In this document: positions 49,012-60,649 of the stretch, in pieces
Layout of the letters: the number at the start of each line of letters is the position of its first letter
How positions within the stretch are numbered: the stretch's first letter is position 1
Source: Chiloscyllium plagiosum
Lineage: Eukaryota
Direction: 5' to 3'
Length of the DNA stretch: 64,000 bases
NCBI RefSeq assembly: GCF_004010195.1
Contig: NC_057718.1
Coordinates: 51,778,373 to 51,842,372, forward strand
The notes under the pieces: model-generated
What the model saw: only the letters and a program-made list of their open reading frames with translations
Told to the model about the DNA's origin: nothing
The model's database searches: none
Made by a program: the position numbers and the translations under genes

Positions 49012-49109
49012 AGGTTCTGGATTAGTGGTGCTGGAAGAGCACAGCAGTTCAGGCAGCATCCAAGGAGCTTCGAAATCGACGTTTCGGGCAAAAGCCCTTC
49101 ATCAGAAAT
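49012..49109 (-). mobile_element. Solo PLE terminal-repeat insertion
   Basis: Family tail ggatgctgcctgaactgctgtgctcttccagcaccactaatccaga on the minus strand, preceded directly by the hammerhead. Confidence 0.85.
49074..49109 (-). ncRNA. Minimal type-I hammerhead ribozyme motif, intact core, in NRXN1 sense orientation
   Basis: Minus strand reads attt-CTGATGA-a-gggc-tttt-gccc-GAAA-CGTC^gatt. Confidence 0.82.
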
Positions 49110-49114
49110 GAGAG

Positions 49115-49980
49115 ATAAGGCTGAAAGACTTACATTAATCTCAACCTCCTTTTGTGGCCCCCAGCATGACACACTCCAATCTTCAGCCAATTCAATGCAT
49201 TACGTGCAACATAAGGACAATGAATACAATGGATACAGATATGGACATTGCCAATATTATGGCAATAGTACTGAAAAGTGGTGCTTCACAGTTGTCACAT
49301 TCCCAGCTAAGCTTGTTCCAGGACAGCTACAAGACTGGTATACATCCATCAAATTGGAAAACTGCCCTTGTGTCAAAACAAAACAAGTCCAACCTGGTCA
49401 ATTACATCCAATATCAATCCACTCTTCATCATCAACAAAGTGATGGAAGGGTCATCAACAGTGCTAGCAAACAGCATTTGCTCAGAAATAACTTGGTTGC
49501 TAATGCACAGTTTGGGTTTTACCAGAACCACTCACCTTCTGACGTCAGTATTGACATGGTGTAAGCATAAACAAAAGAGCAGAACTCCAGCAGTCACACT
49601 GGATGTCAAGGCAACAGTTGACTAAGTATGGCATCAAGAAACCTTGAGGAGGCAGTGAAAATTAGGAGAAAACTCTCTACTGATTGGAATCTAACCAAAC
49701 ACAAAGGAAGATGTTTGTGTTTGTTGGAGGACAGTGATTTTAGTCCTTAGACATCACTGCTTGAGTTCCTCAGTGCACTGCCAAATGCCCAATTAATTCA
49801 GCTTCTTCACCAATGACCTTTCCTCTGTCATAAGGTCAGTGGTGGGGACATTTGCAGACAATTGCACAATGTTCAGCATTGTTCATGACTCTTAAGTTAT
49901 TGAAGCAATCTGTATTCATTTACAGCAAGACCTGGACAACATTCAGACTCAGGCTGATAAGTGGAAAGTAACATTTTCTC
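49115..49980 (+). mobile_element. Degraded L2/CR1-like LINE RT fragment
   Basis: LFQDSYKTGIHPSNWKTALV..KSNLVNY, NAQFGF, TLDVKATVD.VWHQ and TFADNCT motifs. Confidence 0.8.
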
Positions 49981-50732
49981 CCCGATATTTCATAGCTTTG
50001 AAAACTTATGAAGACTGGAAAAGATTTGTTTAAATTGCTTAAAAGTCTTATACTGATGAACAAAGTGACAAAGAGCCAAAATGGAGGATTAATACTGTTT
50101 TACTTCTTTATAGCCTTCCCCTCTTTTGGCAACAATACAGATGATTTGCACTATTTTTGTTGCTTCTCCAATGCGTTTGTGCTAGTTTTGTCGGAGAAAT
50201 CGGTGTAGTGGCATTTTCATGCTTTTAAATATTTTCAGTGTCATATAAGAAAATTCATTTCAACTTCAAAGTGATTATTTTTCATTAGATTTTCTTCTAT
50301 CTAAAAAATTGCTGGTTTGAAGAGTTTCTTCAAGAAAAAATTTTAGAAAAATATTTTGCAGCTTATAATGATTTTTTAACAATGAAAAAGACACTTGTTT
50401 GCTGAATAATTACACTTTTTTTCAGTTTAGTGGTCCAGAATTTTAGTATAAAGACATTTTCACTCTTCCTCAAGAGATTGCTTGAGCCCGGTGCTGACAA
50501 CTGTTTTCTTCCAGATCGCACTTCAATAGCTCCTTCTATGATATGTTTTCAGGTCCTTACAAGCTTTTAAATATTTTTTCCCTCGCTCTGGTTGATTTAA
50601 GCTTTGAAAGAAAAGCTGCTCTGTAGCAAGAGGTTTTTCAATCTGAACTGTCTGGTTAATGTCTCAGCTGTTGTAAAAATGGTCACTTTATTGCTCCTTA
50701 TTTAAAATAGCAACATTGTTGAATAACTTACT

Positions 50733-51057
50733 GGGGCAGCACAGTGGCTCAGTGGTTAGCACTGCTGCTTCACAGCACCAAGGACCTGGGTTTGATTCCA
50801 GCCTTGGGTGACAGTCTGTTTGGAGTTTGCATATTTTCCTCATTCCTGTGTAGGTTTCCCCTCTCAGTTCAAAGATGTTAGGTGAATTGGCAATGCTAAA
50901 TAGCTCATAGTGTTCAGGGATATATAGGTTGGGTTCATTAGTCAGGGATAAATATAGGATAACACAGTAGGGGAATGGGTCTGGGTGGGTTACACTTCAC
51001 AGGGTTGGTGTGGACATGATGGGCCAAAGAGCCAGTTTCCTCATTGTATGGATTCTA
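50733..51057 (+). mobile_element. HE1-type V-SINE, full length
   Basis: ggggcagcacagtggctcagtggttagcactgctgcttcacagc head and ...gattcta tail. Confidence 0.9.
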
Positions 51058-51154
51058 AAACCTACTTTTCTGTGTAATTTGTTTTAGTTTCTTTTTATTT
51101 TTTTCAGATTAATGGTGAATCTTTGCATTGCTGGTGATTTCTTCCCTCTAGACA

Positions 51155-51492
51155 GTAGTCAGCACCACTCTGCACACCTTGTTAGAGATCCAGGGATGCA
51201 GGTTCGATTCCACCCTTGGGTGACAGTTTGTGTGGAGTTTGAACATTATCCCCATATCTGCGTGGGTTTCCTCCGAGTGCTCTGATTTCCTCCCACAGTC
51301 CAAAGATGTACAGGTTAGGTAGATTGGCCATGCTAAATTGATCATAGTGTCGAGAAATGTGCAGACTAGGAAAGTCAGCAAATGGAATTGCAGTGTCTGG
51401 GGCTGAGTCTGGGAAGGGTGTCATTGAAAGGTCGGTGTGGGCTTGATGGGCTGAATCTCCTGCTTCCACACTGTTGTGATTCTATGATTCTA
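51155..51492 (+). mobile_element. HE1-type V-SINE
   Basis: ggttcgattcc B box, gtgtggagtttg..gtgggtttcctcc core, gattctatgattcta tail. Confidence 0.85.
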
Positions 51493-51544
51493 AGAGTTGA
51501 ATGATTCTAAGATGGTTGCAGTTGATACTTGACTGCGACAGGGT

Positions 51545-51760
51545 CTTGGAAAAGTTCAGCAGGTCTGGCAGCAATTTGGAGTGAAGAACAAAATTAACCC
51601 TTTGAGTCCAATATGACACAAAAGTTCTGAAGATGAGCCATACTGGACTCAAAATATCACTCTGTTTGTCTCTTCACAGAGCTTCCAGACATGCAGAGTT
51701 TCTCCAGCATTTTATGCTTGTCTCAGATTTTCAGCACCCACAGCATTTTGCTTTTATTAT
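51545..51760. mobile_element. Old inverted pair of PLE terminal repeats with a degenerate hammerhead (about 51624-51660)
   Basis: Minus arm 51545-51617, then plus arm gtt-CTGAAGA-tgagccatactggactc-aaaa-tatc followed by the tail. Confidence 0.65.
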
Positions 51761-52829
51761 TATGTGGTAGGACATCTTTGTGTAGATATTCCATATTAGT
51801 CAATGGATTTTATTAGTATTACATGTTGAATATTAATCACAGGGTAAATCTTCAGCAGAAGAGGTTGATGGTTGACTAACAAGTGGTAGTTTATTACATA
51901 AAGATATAAATTTACAGACTCTTGGGCTGATCAAAAACATGAATACTAGGTAAGAAATGTTATTCATTTCCTAAGTGATAATAACTAGGTTCATGTGATG
52001 TGATAGTAGTTTGAAAAACTAAACACCAATTAACAGCAAACCAAGTAGCTCCTCTCAGAGACAGTAATTTATATATTAGTGAGTGGAGCTTTTCCAAAGT
52101 TGAGAAGTTAACCCTTTCAGACCAATTGCCATATACAAATGTGTCAAAATCCAAAGATTCCCTTCCTAAAAGCACTGTGGGCATACCTACAGCCCAAGCA
52201 CAGCAGCACTTCAAGAATGCAGCTCATGACCACCTTCTCTACGGCAATTAAAGATGTGTGATAAACATTGGCCTAGCCACTGAAGTTTTTATTCATGAAC
52301 AAAAAGACAAAACCTGGCAGCTCAGCCTCTGAAGTCATTTGCTGATATTTGCAAGATCGTTGGGAAAGCTTATTCTTCATTGCAGATATTTAATAGGCAT
52401 ATGACGCCAGCATTAACGGCAATAACAGTCACGTTTTCAGATTGCTCAGGGAGCAGTCAGTTACTTGCTGTCCAGAGAAGTGCAGGTTAATATCTTTGAA
52501 GGCCTTCAGAGTTTGACAGCTGCCATTAAATTAGACAAATTCAAGTGAAATGAATGTACATCTTAGAAATTCGGCTTTCACTCTTGTATCAAACAAAAGT
52601 GCTATCCAAGCAGAAGGTGCAGCCACTTCCAAGAATCAAGGCACCATGCGAGAGGAACCACAATGTCTTTCATTTTTTTGTAACTCAAGAACAACCAACC
52701 ACATCATGCCATACGAGCCTTCATATTGCATCAAAGAAGAATCATAACAGAGAAAGAAAGATGGGCACACTTAGTCACCTTACAAACAGTGATATGACTT
52801 AAATTCAAATATGAATTCCTTGTATTTTT

Positions 52830-53162
52830 TAGTCATTCATGAGGTGTGGGCATCATTCACTCGGTCAGCATTTGTTAACAATTCCTCATTGCCCAGAGTT
52901 AAGAATCAGCTATATTGTTGTGTAAGCGAGAGTCACATGTAGGCTAGACCAGGTAGATTTCCCTCCAAAACAAAGGCATTAGTGAATCTGATGGAGTTTT
53001 ATAACAATCAACAGTGGTTACATTGGTGCCATTAAGCAAGCTTTTAATTTAAGTTTTTTTTGCTGAATTCTAATTGTATCTGCTGAGATGGGATTCAAAC
53101 CCATGTCCTGAGAACATTAGCCCAGGGTTCTGGATTATCAATCCATTGGCATCATCACTACT
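52830..53162 (-). mobile_element. SacSINE1-like SINE
   Basis: Reverse complement of the 25335-25672 family (gagtcacatgtaggctagaccagg, gggattcaaaccc). Confidence 0.75.
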
Positions 53163-53544
53163 AAGAATGGGTACTCAATTAATGCTCAGTTTTAAGGGAA
53201 ATATTTGCAGTCATCAGCAGCCTCATGAATATTAATCCTGTTACTCATCAACTTCTCAAGAAAATACAATTATTATTTTAAAAATCTATACGCTTTTATT
53301 ATTACTCTCCAATTGCCTTCTTAGTGACATGAGTCATCTATTTTAAAGCTCCTTACTAATTATCTGTTTGAGCTGCAATGATTTGCATTGGTGTAGTACA
53401 GTAATGTCTCATAGACGGCATCCTTCTATTTGCTAGGCCAGGCTGTCAGCTTTTAGGTGGATCCTGTGAGTTGGGGAAATTCTCAGCTATACAGGTCCAC
53501 GTTGGGAAAATCTTGCTCAGGAAGCATAGTATTTATATACTGAA

Positions 53545-53890
53545 TAGAACAGAATCCATACAGTGTCGAAACAGGCCATTTGGCCCAACAAGTCCACACC
53601 AACCCTCCGAAGAGTATCCAACCCAGACCCATCCCCCTACTCTATCCCTGCATTGCCATGACTGACACACCAAACCTATACATCCCTGAATGCTATGGGT
53701 TATTTAGCATGGTCAACCCATCTAAAGTGCACATCTTTGGACTGTGGGAGGAAACCAGAACACTCAGTGGAAACCCACACAGACATGGGGAGAATGGGTA
53801 AATTCCACGCAGTCACCTGAGGGTGGAATTGAACCCAGGTCACTGGTGCTGTGAAGCAGCAGTGGTAAACACTGAGCCACCAAGCCACCC
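53545..53890 (-). mobile_element. HE1-type V-SINE, full length
   Basis: tttggactgtgggaggaaacc core and ctgtgaagcagcagtggtaaacactgagccac head (reverse complement). Confidence 0.9.
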
Positions 53891-56454
53891 AATGTGAAGC
53901 TGAGCCAGCCAACCCTGAAAAGAGTTTGGACACAATCACAAGGCTTGTTGGCTGCAGATCAGCTGTTTAAATTGCAGTTCAAAGTACTGTAATCTTTCAG
54001 TGTTATAACATTGTATTGTACTGCATTGGAGGGTGGCCATTGTCAGGGCAATTTACAGGGACATAGTTAAATAGAGGTTTGTCTGAACCATAGTAAATGC
54101 ACAAGCATTGTTCTTGTACACAACTTCAAAGACCTAAACAGATCTACTTTAGTCATGTCAAGTGAAGCATGCTTTTTCTCTTTAGACCTCATTTAGGACA
54201 TTTACCTGTTAGATAAGATTAAGCACCAAATAAACCCCTAATAGCTCAATTTATTTTACAAATGGAAAAGTAATAGTGAGATATTGAGAGGGAGTTGAGG
54301 AAGCGTATGCAAAGTGAAAAACACGTGTCTGATTTGTGCATCACAAAATGACTGACATTCGGCAGCAAGAATGTTCTACACTATTCAGTAAAGATTTTCA
54401 AAATTATATGTGGCAAGATTTTCGATTAAATATTGCAATTAAAAATGTGCCCTCTCAGGTGATGCATGCCATACAGACAAATATTTGTGCCGTTGTGAAA
54501 GAGTATTGTGCTTGGTTAAGTTAACAAGGAACACCTGTGCCTTCAGCCATCTATCCAATACATGATACCATCAAGTAGTCTTACAGTGTCAGATTTTGTA
54601 AAATGTGCTTTTTCATATACTTTATATACTTTTCTTTCTCCCAGGCTCTGCAAAGCAGTATTCATAGTATTAGGTTTAGTCATCTCATGTTAACAGTAAT
54701 GGTGTACTGTTGCCCTCTGGCAAAGTGACTCAACATATTAAATAGGGAAACATTACTTACAAATCCTTTATGCAGCTGCACCTTTATTTCACCAACCATC
54801 AATTGGAAATGGTACAGCTCATTGGTCACAACATTAATTTAATTCTTCCAAACTAGATCCTCTTTCAAATTATTTTCACCTGTTTTGTTTGCTCCTCGAC
54901 CCTGACATTCTACCTTTAACATTGTCAAGGCTGGTGAATAATTCAAATTAACATTGAACCTTCATAATTGTTTTAAATAGATTTGTTCACATTAGTTTTA
55001 TCATTACAATTACTATTGCCATTAAGTGCATTCATCTCTCCTTATTTGACCTGCTGTCCAGATTTTCAGCAACTGCCAGTATATGCTATGATTATTTATT
55101 CAGATGTGATGACAAATTCAAAATTAACCAACACAGTTTAGTCAAACAATTATAGTCTTTTAAAAAAACACAGGAGTAGTTAAAACTGAGAAATCAAACT
55201 TAAAAGTAATTTGATGAGGTCAAGCAAATAGTAAGGAAAATGTTATTAATAATAATTGATCTTTAGAAACTATCTTTAGAAATGCATTTTCATTCAGTTT
55301 ATTGCTTTCAGACAAGTATAATTTGTTTTTTGCATAAATCAGAAGTGACAAATCATGATTCTTGTGAAAAAAGGAAAAGGAAATCAATGTTTAATTTAAA
55401 ATGACATTACGTGCACCTAATTCACAATGTACTTTGTGCTTTATGGATTGCAGAGTAGTTTTACAAGCTGTATAGAAGCAAGTCTGCTATTTATCACAAA
55501 ATAGTCCTGAAGGAGAGAAAGCTTGCTTCAAATTAGGTTATCAAGTAAGATATGATGTCATTTTCATGCACCTTCAGCTGTTCCTTGAGAACATATCTTA
55601 CATGAAACATTTAATCTTGAAGGTTTGTTTTGGATAAGTGGCAAACTCATTTGAATCTGGTTCTTTTCACCAAAGGCTAGATTTACTTGCCATCTCAAGA
55701 AGATTAACAGCAAATGTTGGAGAAATTCAGCACGTCTGGCAGTAGATGCTGAGATTTCTGAGTTTCTTTAGACTTTCTCTAGTATTTTCTCTTTACATTT
55801 CAGATTTTCTTCAGCCATAGTATTTTGCTTTTTCCATAAAAAAATGATATTGTGGTATAGTTTCTACATTGGGTGCAATTGGGACACATAATTATAATGA
55901 AAGCCAATTAACTGTCTTTCGTTAAAAGGCCAATTTCTTTGTGCAGTGGTGGGGGTGGACAGGAAGTGGTCAACCTCACCATTATTTCATGGTGGCTGAA
56001 GATCAGTGGTCATATTTGAGAATTATCCTGTTAGACATCCACTCTCTTCAAGCTAGCAGCAACAGTCTACCTATCTGAAAGGAGAATTTTGAACTTAACT
56101 GCAACCATTCCCCCTCATCTATCATAATTAGATATCTAGATTCACAAGCCATCACTCCAAATCCTCTCTATCACCTTTGACCCTCACTCCATTACCATAG
56201 CAACTCCTTCCAGGACCCTCAAGTCACCCACTTTCATTTTTGATCAGCTGTCAACTGATCTACCTTCAATAAAGATTCACCTTTCCTCTCTCCATGATCT
56301 GACTCTTCTCTGTCAGATAGCTAGGCACTGACTTCCCAAGACAGCAGCTACCTGAGCTCAGTCTTCTTTCCCTTGGTTTAAATATGATGCCCATACAAAG
56401 CAAGTAACTTTCACTCACTAGATAACTATCAGAAAGATGACCTTTCCTGTTTTT

Positions 56455-56848
56455 TTTGTTCACTTGTGTGACGTGGGTGATCCTGGCTGGCCAGCATTTA
56501 TTGCCCAGCCTAGTTGACCTTGAGAAGGTAGTGATGAGATGTCTTCTTGAACTGCTACACTCCATGTGCTGTAGGTAGACTCACAAATCCATTAGAGAAG
56601 GAATATTAGGATTTTGACCCAGCAACAGTGAAGGAATGGCGATACATTTTCAAGTCAGGATTGTGAGTGACTTGGAGGTGAACTTGTCAGTGGTGGCATT
56701 CCCACATATTTGCTGCCCATGTCCTTTGAGGTGGTAGTGATCATGAGTCTGGAAGATGCTTCTAAGGATCGTTGGTGAACTTCTACAGTACATTTAATGG
56801 CTATTATGGACTGCTGCTACTGGGCATTGGTGGTGGGGGGAATGGAAG
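56455..56848 (-). mobile_element. L2/CR1-like LINE 3' end sharing its tail with the SacSINE-like family
   Basis: ctggccagcatttattgccc...ccttgagaaggtagtgatgag...ttcttgaactgct. The same tail occurs on the plus strand at about 52140-52300. Confidence 0.65.
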
Positions 56849-59800
56849 TCTCTAAAGTCTCTAAAGAGCAGCTTCCGTTGCCTGGTGTATTTTCTCTGAT
56901 CCCTGACTTTCTTCCCCAGCAAATAGAGATATGAGTGCCCACAGCAGTACTCATACCTCCCAGGGTATGTGCTGTTTCTAAACTGAAATTGCGCAGTCAG
57001 TAACAAAGCAGAAAACAATTCCAAGGACAATATTAAGTATCCATCAGTGAAGAGAAGAAAATTTTGTGAATACTGATATTTAAAACAATATCAAAATTTG
57101 CTTTCATTATAGTGTAACTCATTGACAAAATTTTCCATTTCCCTACATAATTTACATAAAAGATAACTACATATTTTTATGACCTACTTCTGATGCCATG
57201 TCCATGTTTTGTCATCTAGTAAATCTAAAATTCAACCAATGTCAAGATATGAAATAAATATATTGCAGCTTAAGAGTTTTTTTTCATCAAACTGTCAGGA
57301 TATGTTATGACATACTCCTGTGGCAGGTGGGACCCAAATCTTCTGGGCCAGAGGTAATAACGCTGCCATTGTACCACAGGAATCCCATACTTAAAGACTA
57401 AGGCAAGAAAACATAGGACACACAGGGAAAGGACACCAATTGCTGGATTACATTTTTAAAAATATTTTATTAATTTTGCTATTGGGTAATCTTCTAGTTG
57501 CATATCAAATAGCTAGGCACTTTGTTCTTACTTTTGTTTTAGCAAAGCTTTATAGGCATTATTTGTCACAAAGACTGATGATTTCTTTAATAGTTTCGTG
57601 TTATACCATATAACCAGTAATGCGTGTTATTATTACTACACTGCTAAAGATCATGAGTAAGTGTTAGCAACAGACTTGTAAGGCATTAGGAGACAAGACA
57701 AGACTGTAAAGGACAACATTCATCTATTTTCTATAATTTACTCCATTTTTGGAAACCACCAAAATTAAATGCTTTATGTGTACGATTCATAACCACAGAG
57801 GAAAGAAAATGTACAAAAACTCCAATGTCCATGGCTTAGTTGATCATTTTATTTCTATAACCATTGACTTCACTTTCCATCAAATATTCATCCAGCTATT
57901 TCTCCTTCAAGGAATTAATTAGCACTGCACCAAAAGCTTCTAAACTGAGTTTATTCTCGATATGTGCTATTCTGAATACAAGTAAATAATTCTAATCCGT
58001 AGCCTTGCTTAAGGCTTGAAATGTTTCTTTGCCCACTTTGTCTTCTTCAGTTTAAGTAGAATAACCTACTTACATCTGCATAATCCACATTTGTCAGCAA
58101 AGACCTGAATCACAGACAGATTTAATAAAATGGATTTGGGGCCTTTCCAGTCTAGCAACACATTCAGAATTCACACCGAAGGCTCTTCATTCTTGTTACT
58201 CAACAATAATATTATAATTAACAACTCTAGCACTTTCTACAAACATATTTTATGGAAGCAAACAATTATTTGTGGAACCATTCCAACATATCCATGGTAT
58301 TAGGCACAAAGTCTTTATTTTTTGCCTTGAATACCCATTTAACATCGCTGTAGTTTGCCTAATTAATGTAAATTCAGCACAAAGCCACTTCAGATGCCTG
58401 TCTGACAGGAGTAATACAGTCTGACTTTTAGTACTCAGAACCATTGACACTGAGTATGGCGTTGAATTTTTCCACTGGCTAATGCCAGCAGTTCTACCCT
58501 TAATTGCAACTTTAAGAGCTCCTTTGAGGTCCATAGTCACACTGTTCAGCTGTTCTTTTGCAATATTTGCATAATGCATATGACTAAAAACAATAATACA
58601 TTTTAGTTATTAACATTATTAACATCTTCTCTTCAATCCTGACAGAAAGAAGAGTTGAGAAGGAATGACAGGAGTTTTTGAACAGTGTCAAAATTTGTAT
58701 GAAAATACATAATCAGAATTTTCCAAGGCTCAAAGGCTTAATCAAATGAAAAGCTGAATGATACTGTATAAACTCACTTCCCAACCTACATTGATCTTTA
58801 TCAAAATTATGATAAAGGCAATAGAGTTTCATCAGCACTCCTGGAGGAGGGATGGAAATTCATTCAACTTTATTTGTCATAACTGCTAACCAGTAGCTCT
58901 TGCTCTATTTAAGCATGGCCATTTAGAATGGACAGAGTTATGGATGATTATAATAGGAAAATTGCTGTTCACATTTGGAAAGCCTATAAACAGTCAAGTA
59001 AAATGTTCCATATGAATAATGACTATTTGGTGAGATGCCAATGAAATCAGAATCCAACATTTAAGGTTATACTGTCATTTTCAATAACTAGAGTGTGTTA
59101 TAATCCAATTGACATGATTACTAAACAAGTCTGATCCCAGATTCAAATCTGGCTCAATAGATCTTTTGTTCTTATTTTAGTTTAATGAGGTGTTCCTTCA
59201 TTTAACAACAGGATGCAATGTTGCAGATTTGGTTTTAACAATAAAACAGATGTTTATTACCCTTCTCTGTCACCTCAATTTTAACTTAATTAGGGCTTTA
59301 ACTCCCAGTGTTGAGAACCTGAGAGACGCTAAAGCCTTCATATAACTGAGCTTAAATTTTCTCAGATTTAAATAATCAAATTAGGGATTTCACCAAACAC
59401 ATCTGGTTTGGATCCATTCTTAAATTCCTCATGATGAGGTAATCTACTTCTTCACAATTCTAAATGACTCCCTTTGTCAGCAATATTGCATTACACATCT
59501 AACTTCAGCCAAGACCCAACACAACCTGAAACTAAAACAAAAGAAATGATTTTTTTTTGTTCAAGCTATGGATGTTTTACTTAATCAAAAAAACTGAATT
59601 TCAAAGCTGAAACTTAATGCACATCTGTTTACTTTGTTTGGTCATAAAATTTTCTCAATGAAAACATGACCCCCTTCCTCTTACACTGTTTTAAAAGAAA
59701 TTGCAATGGCTTCAGAAGAACTCACAAGTTAGTCATTAAACAACTTCTGTCACATAGAAAACCCAGATATCACTAGTTCAAATTCAAAAATCTGAACTCA

Positions 59801-60649
59801 AAACTAAATGATGTTGAAATATATATATGTCATACATTTTACATCACATGTGTTGTGTCACCAGAGTCTTACCAGACCATAAGGGCTGCTCTCTTCATTA
59901 GAGACAGAAGCAACTGGTGGTGATTTAACCTGAGGACCACCAAACCTCAAGCGAGGGAAGAGGTCAAGAAGGAGAGTCCTTCATGGTAACCTCAAACCAG
60001 TGATGAGAATTGAACCCACAGTGCTGGTATCATACTGCTGAGTAAATTAACAATCTTGCCAACTGAGCTAAACCAATGGCATCACATAGTAAAAGGGAAA
60101 ATAGTAGATAGTGATATTAGCACTAGATAGGTAACCAGACGCCCAGACTATTCTGGGGACATGACTTTGAATCACACCTGATGAGGTACTTTATTCAAGG
60201 AAGTACATACATCCCACATTCCTCAAGCCTTAAAAAAAATTGATGAAATTCCTGACTGAACAGACAAGTACTCACACCTCTTATATTTTTAATGTAGTTC
60301 CTGCCATTATAGGGAAATCCCAGAACAACTTCAATAGGGCTGCACAACCCCATAATAACTTCCTACTGATGGTAAGTATGTTTCTCACAGTCAGTGAGAA
60401 CTGAAGCACAACTTTCAGTAGAAGAATAAGAAAAGGACACCAAACACCAGCAGAGTCATTAGAGTTATACCCCATAACTACAACCTTGTGACAACAATGT
60501 TGTTCATCTCTTTTATTTCTCCTTTGCAGTAACATTTTTATAATGTGGGGCTACTGAAACATAATAAATGCTGACAGGAAGTAAATGGTCACTCTGGTTG
60601 AAGAGAATATAAGGTATTTTGTTGATTTGAGCAATGAGCAGAATTTTAT

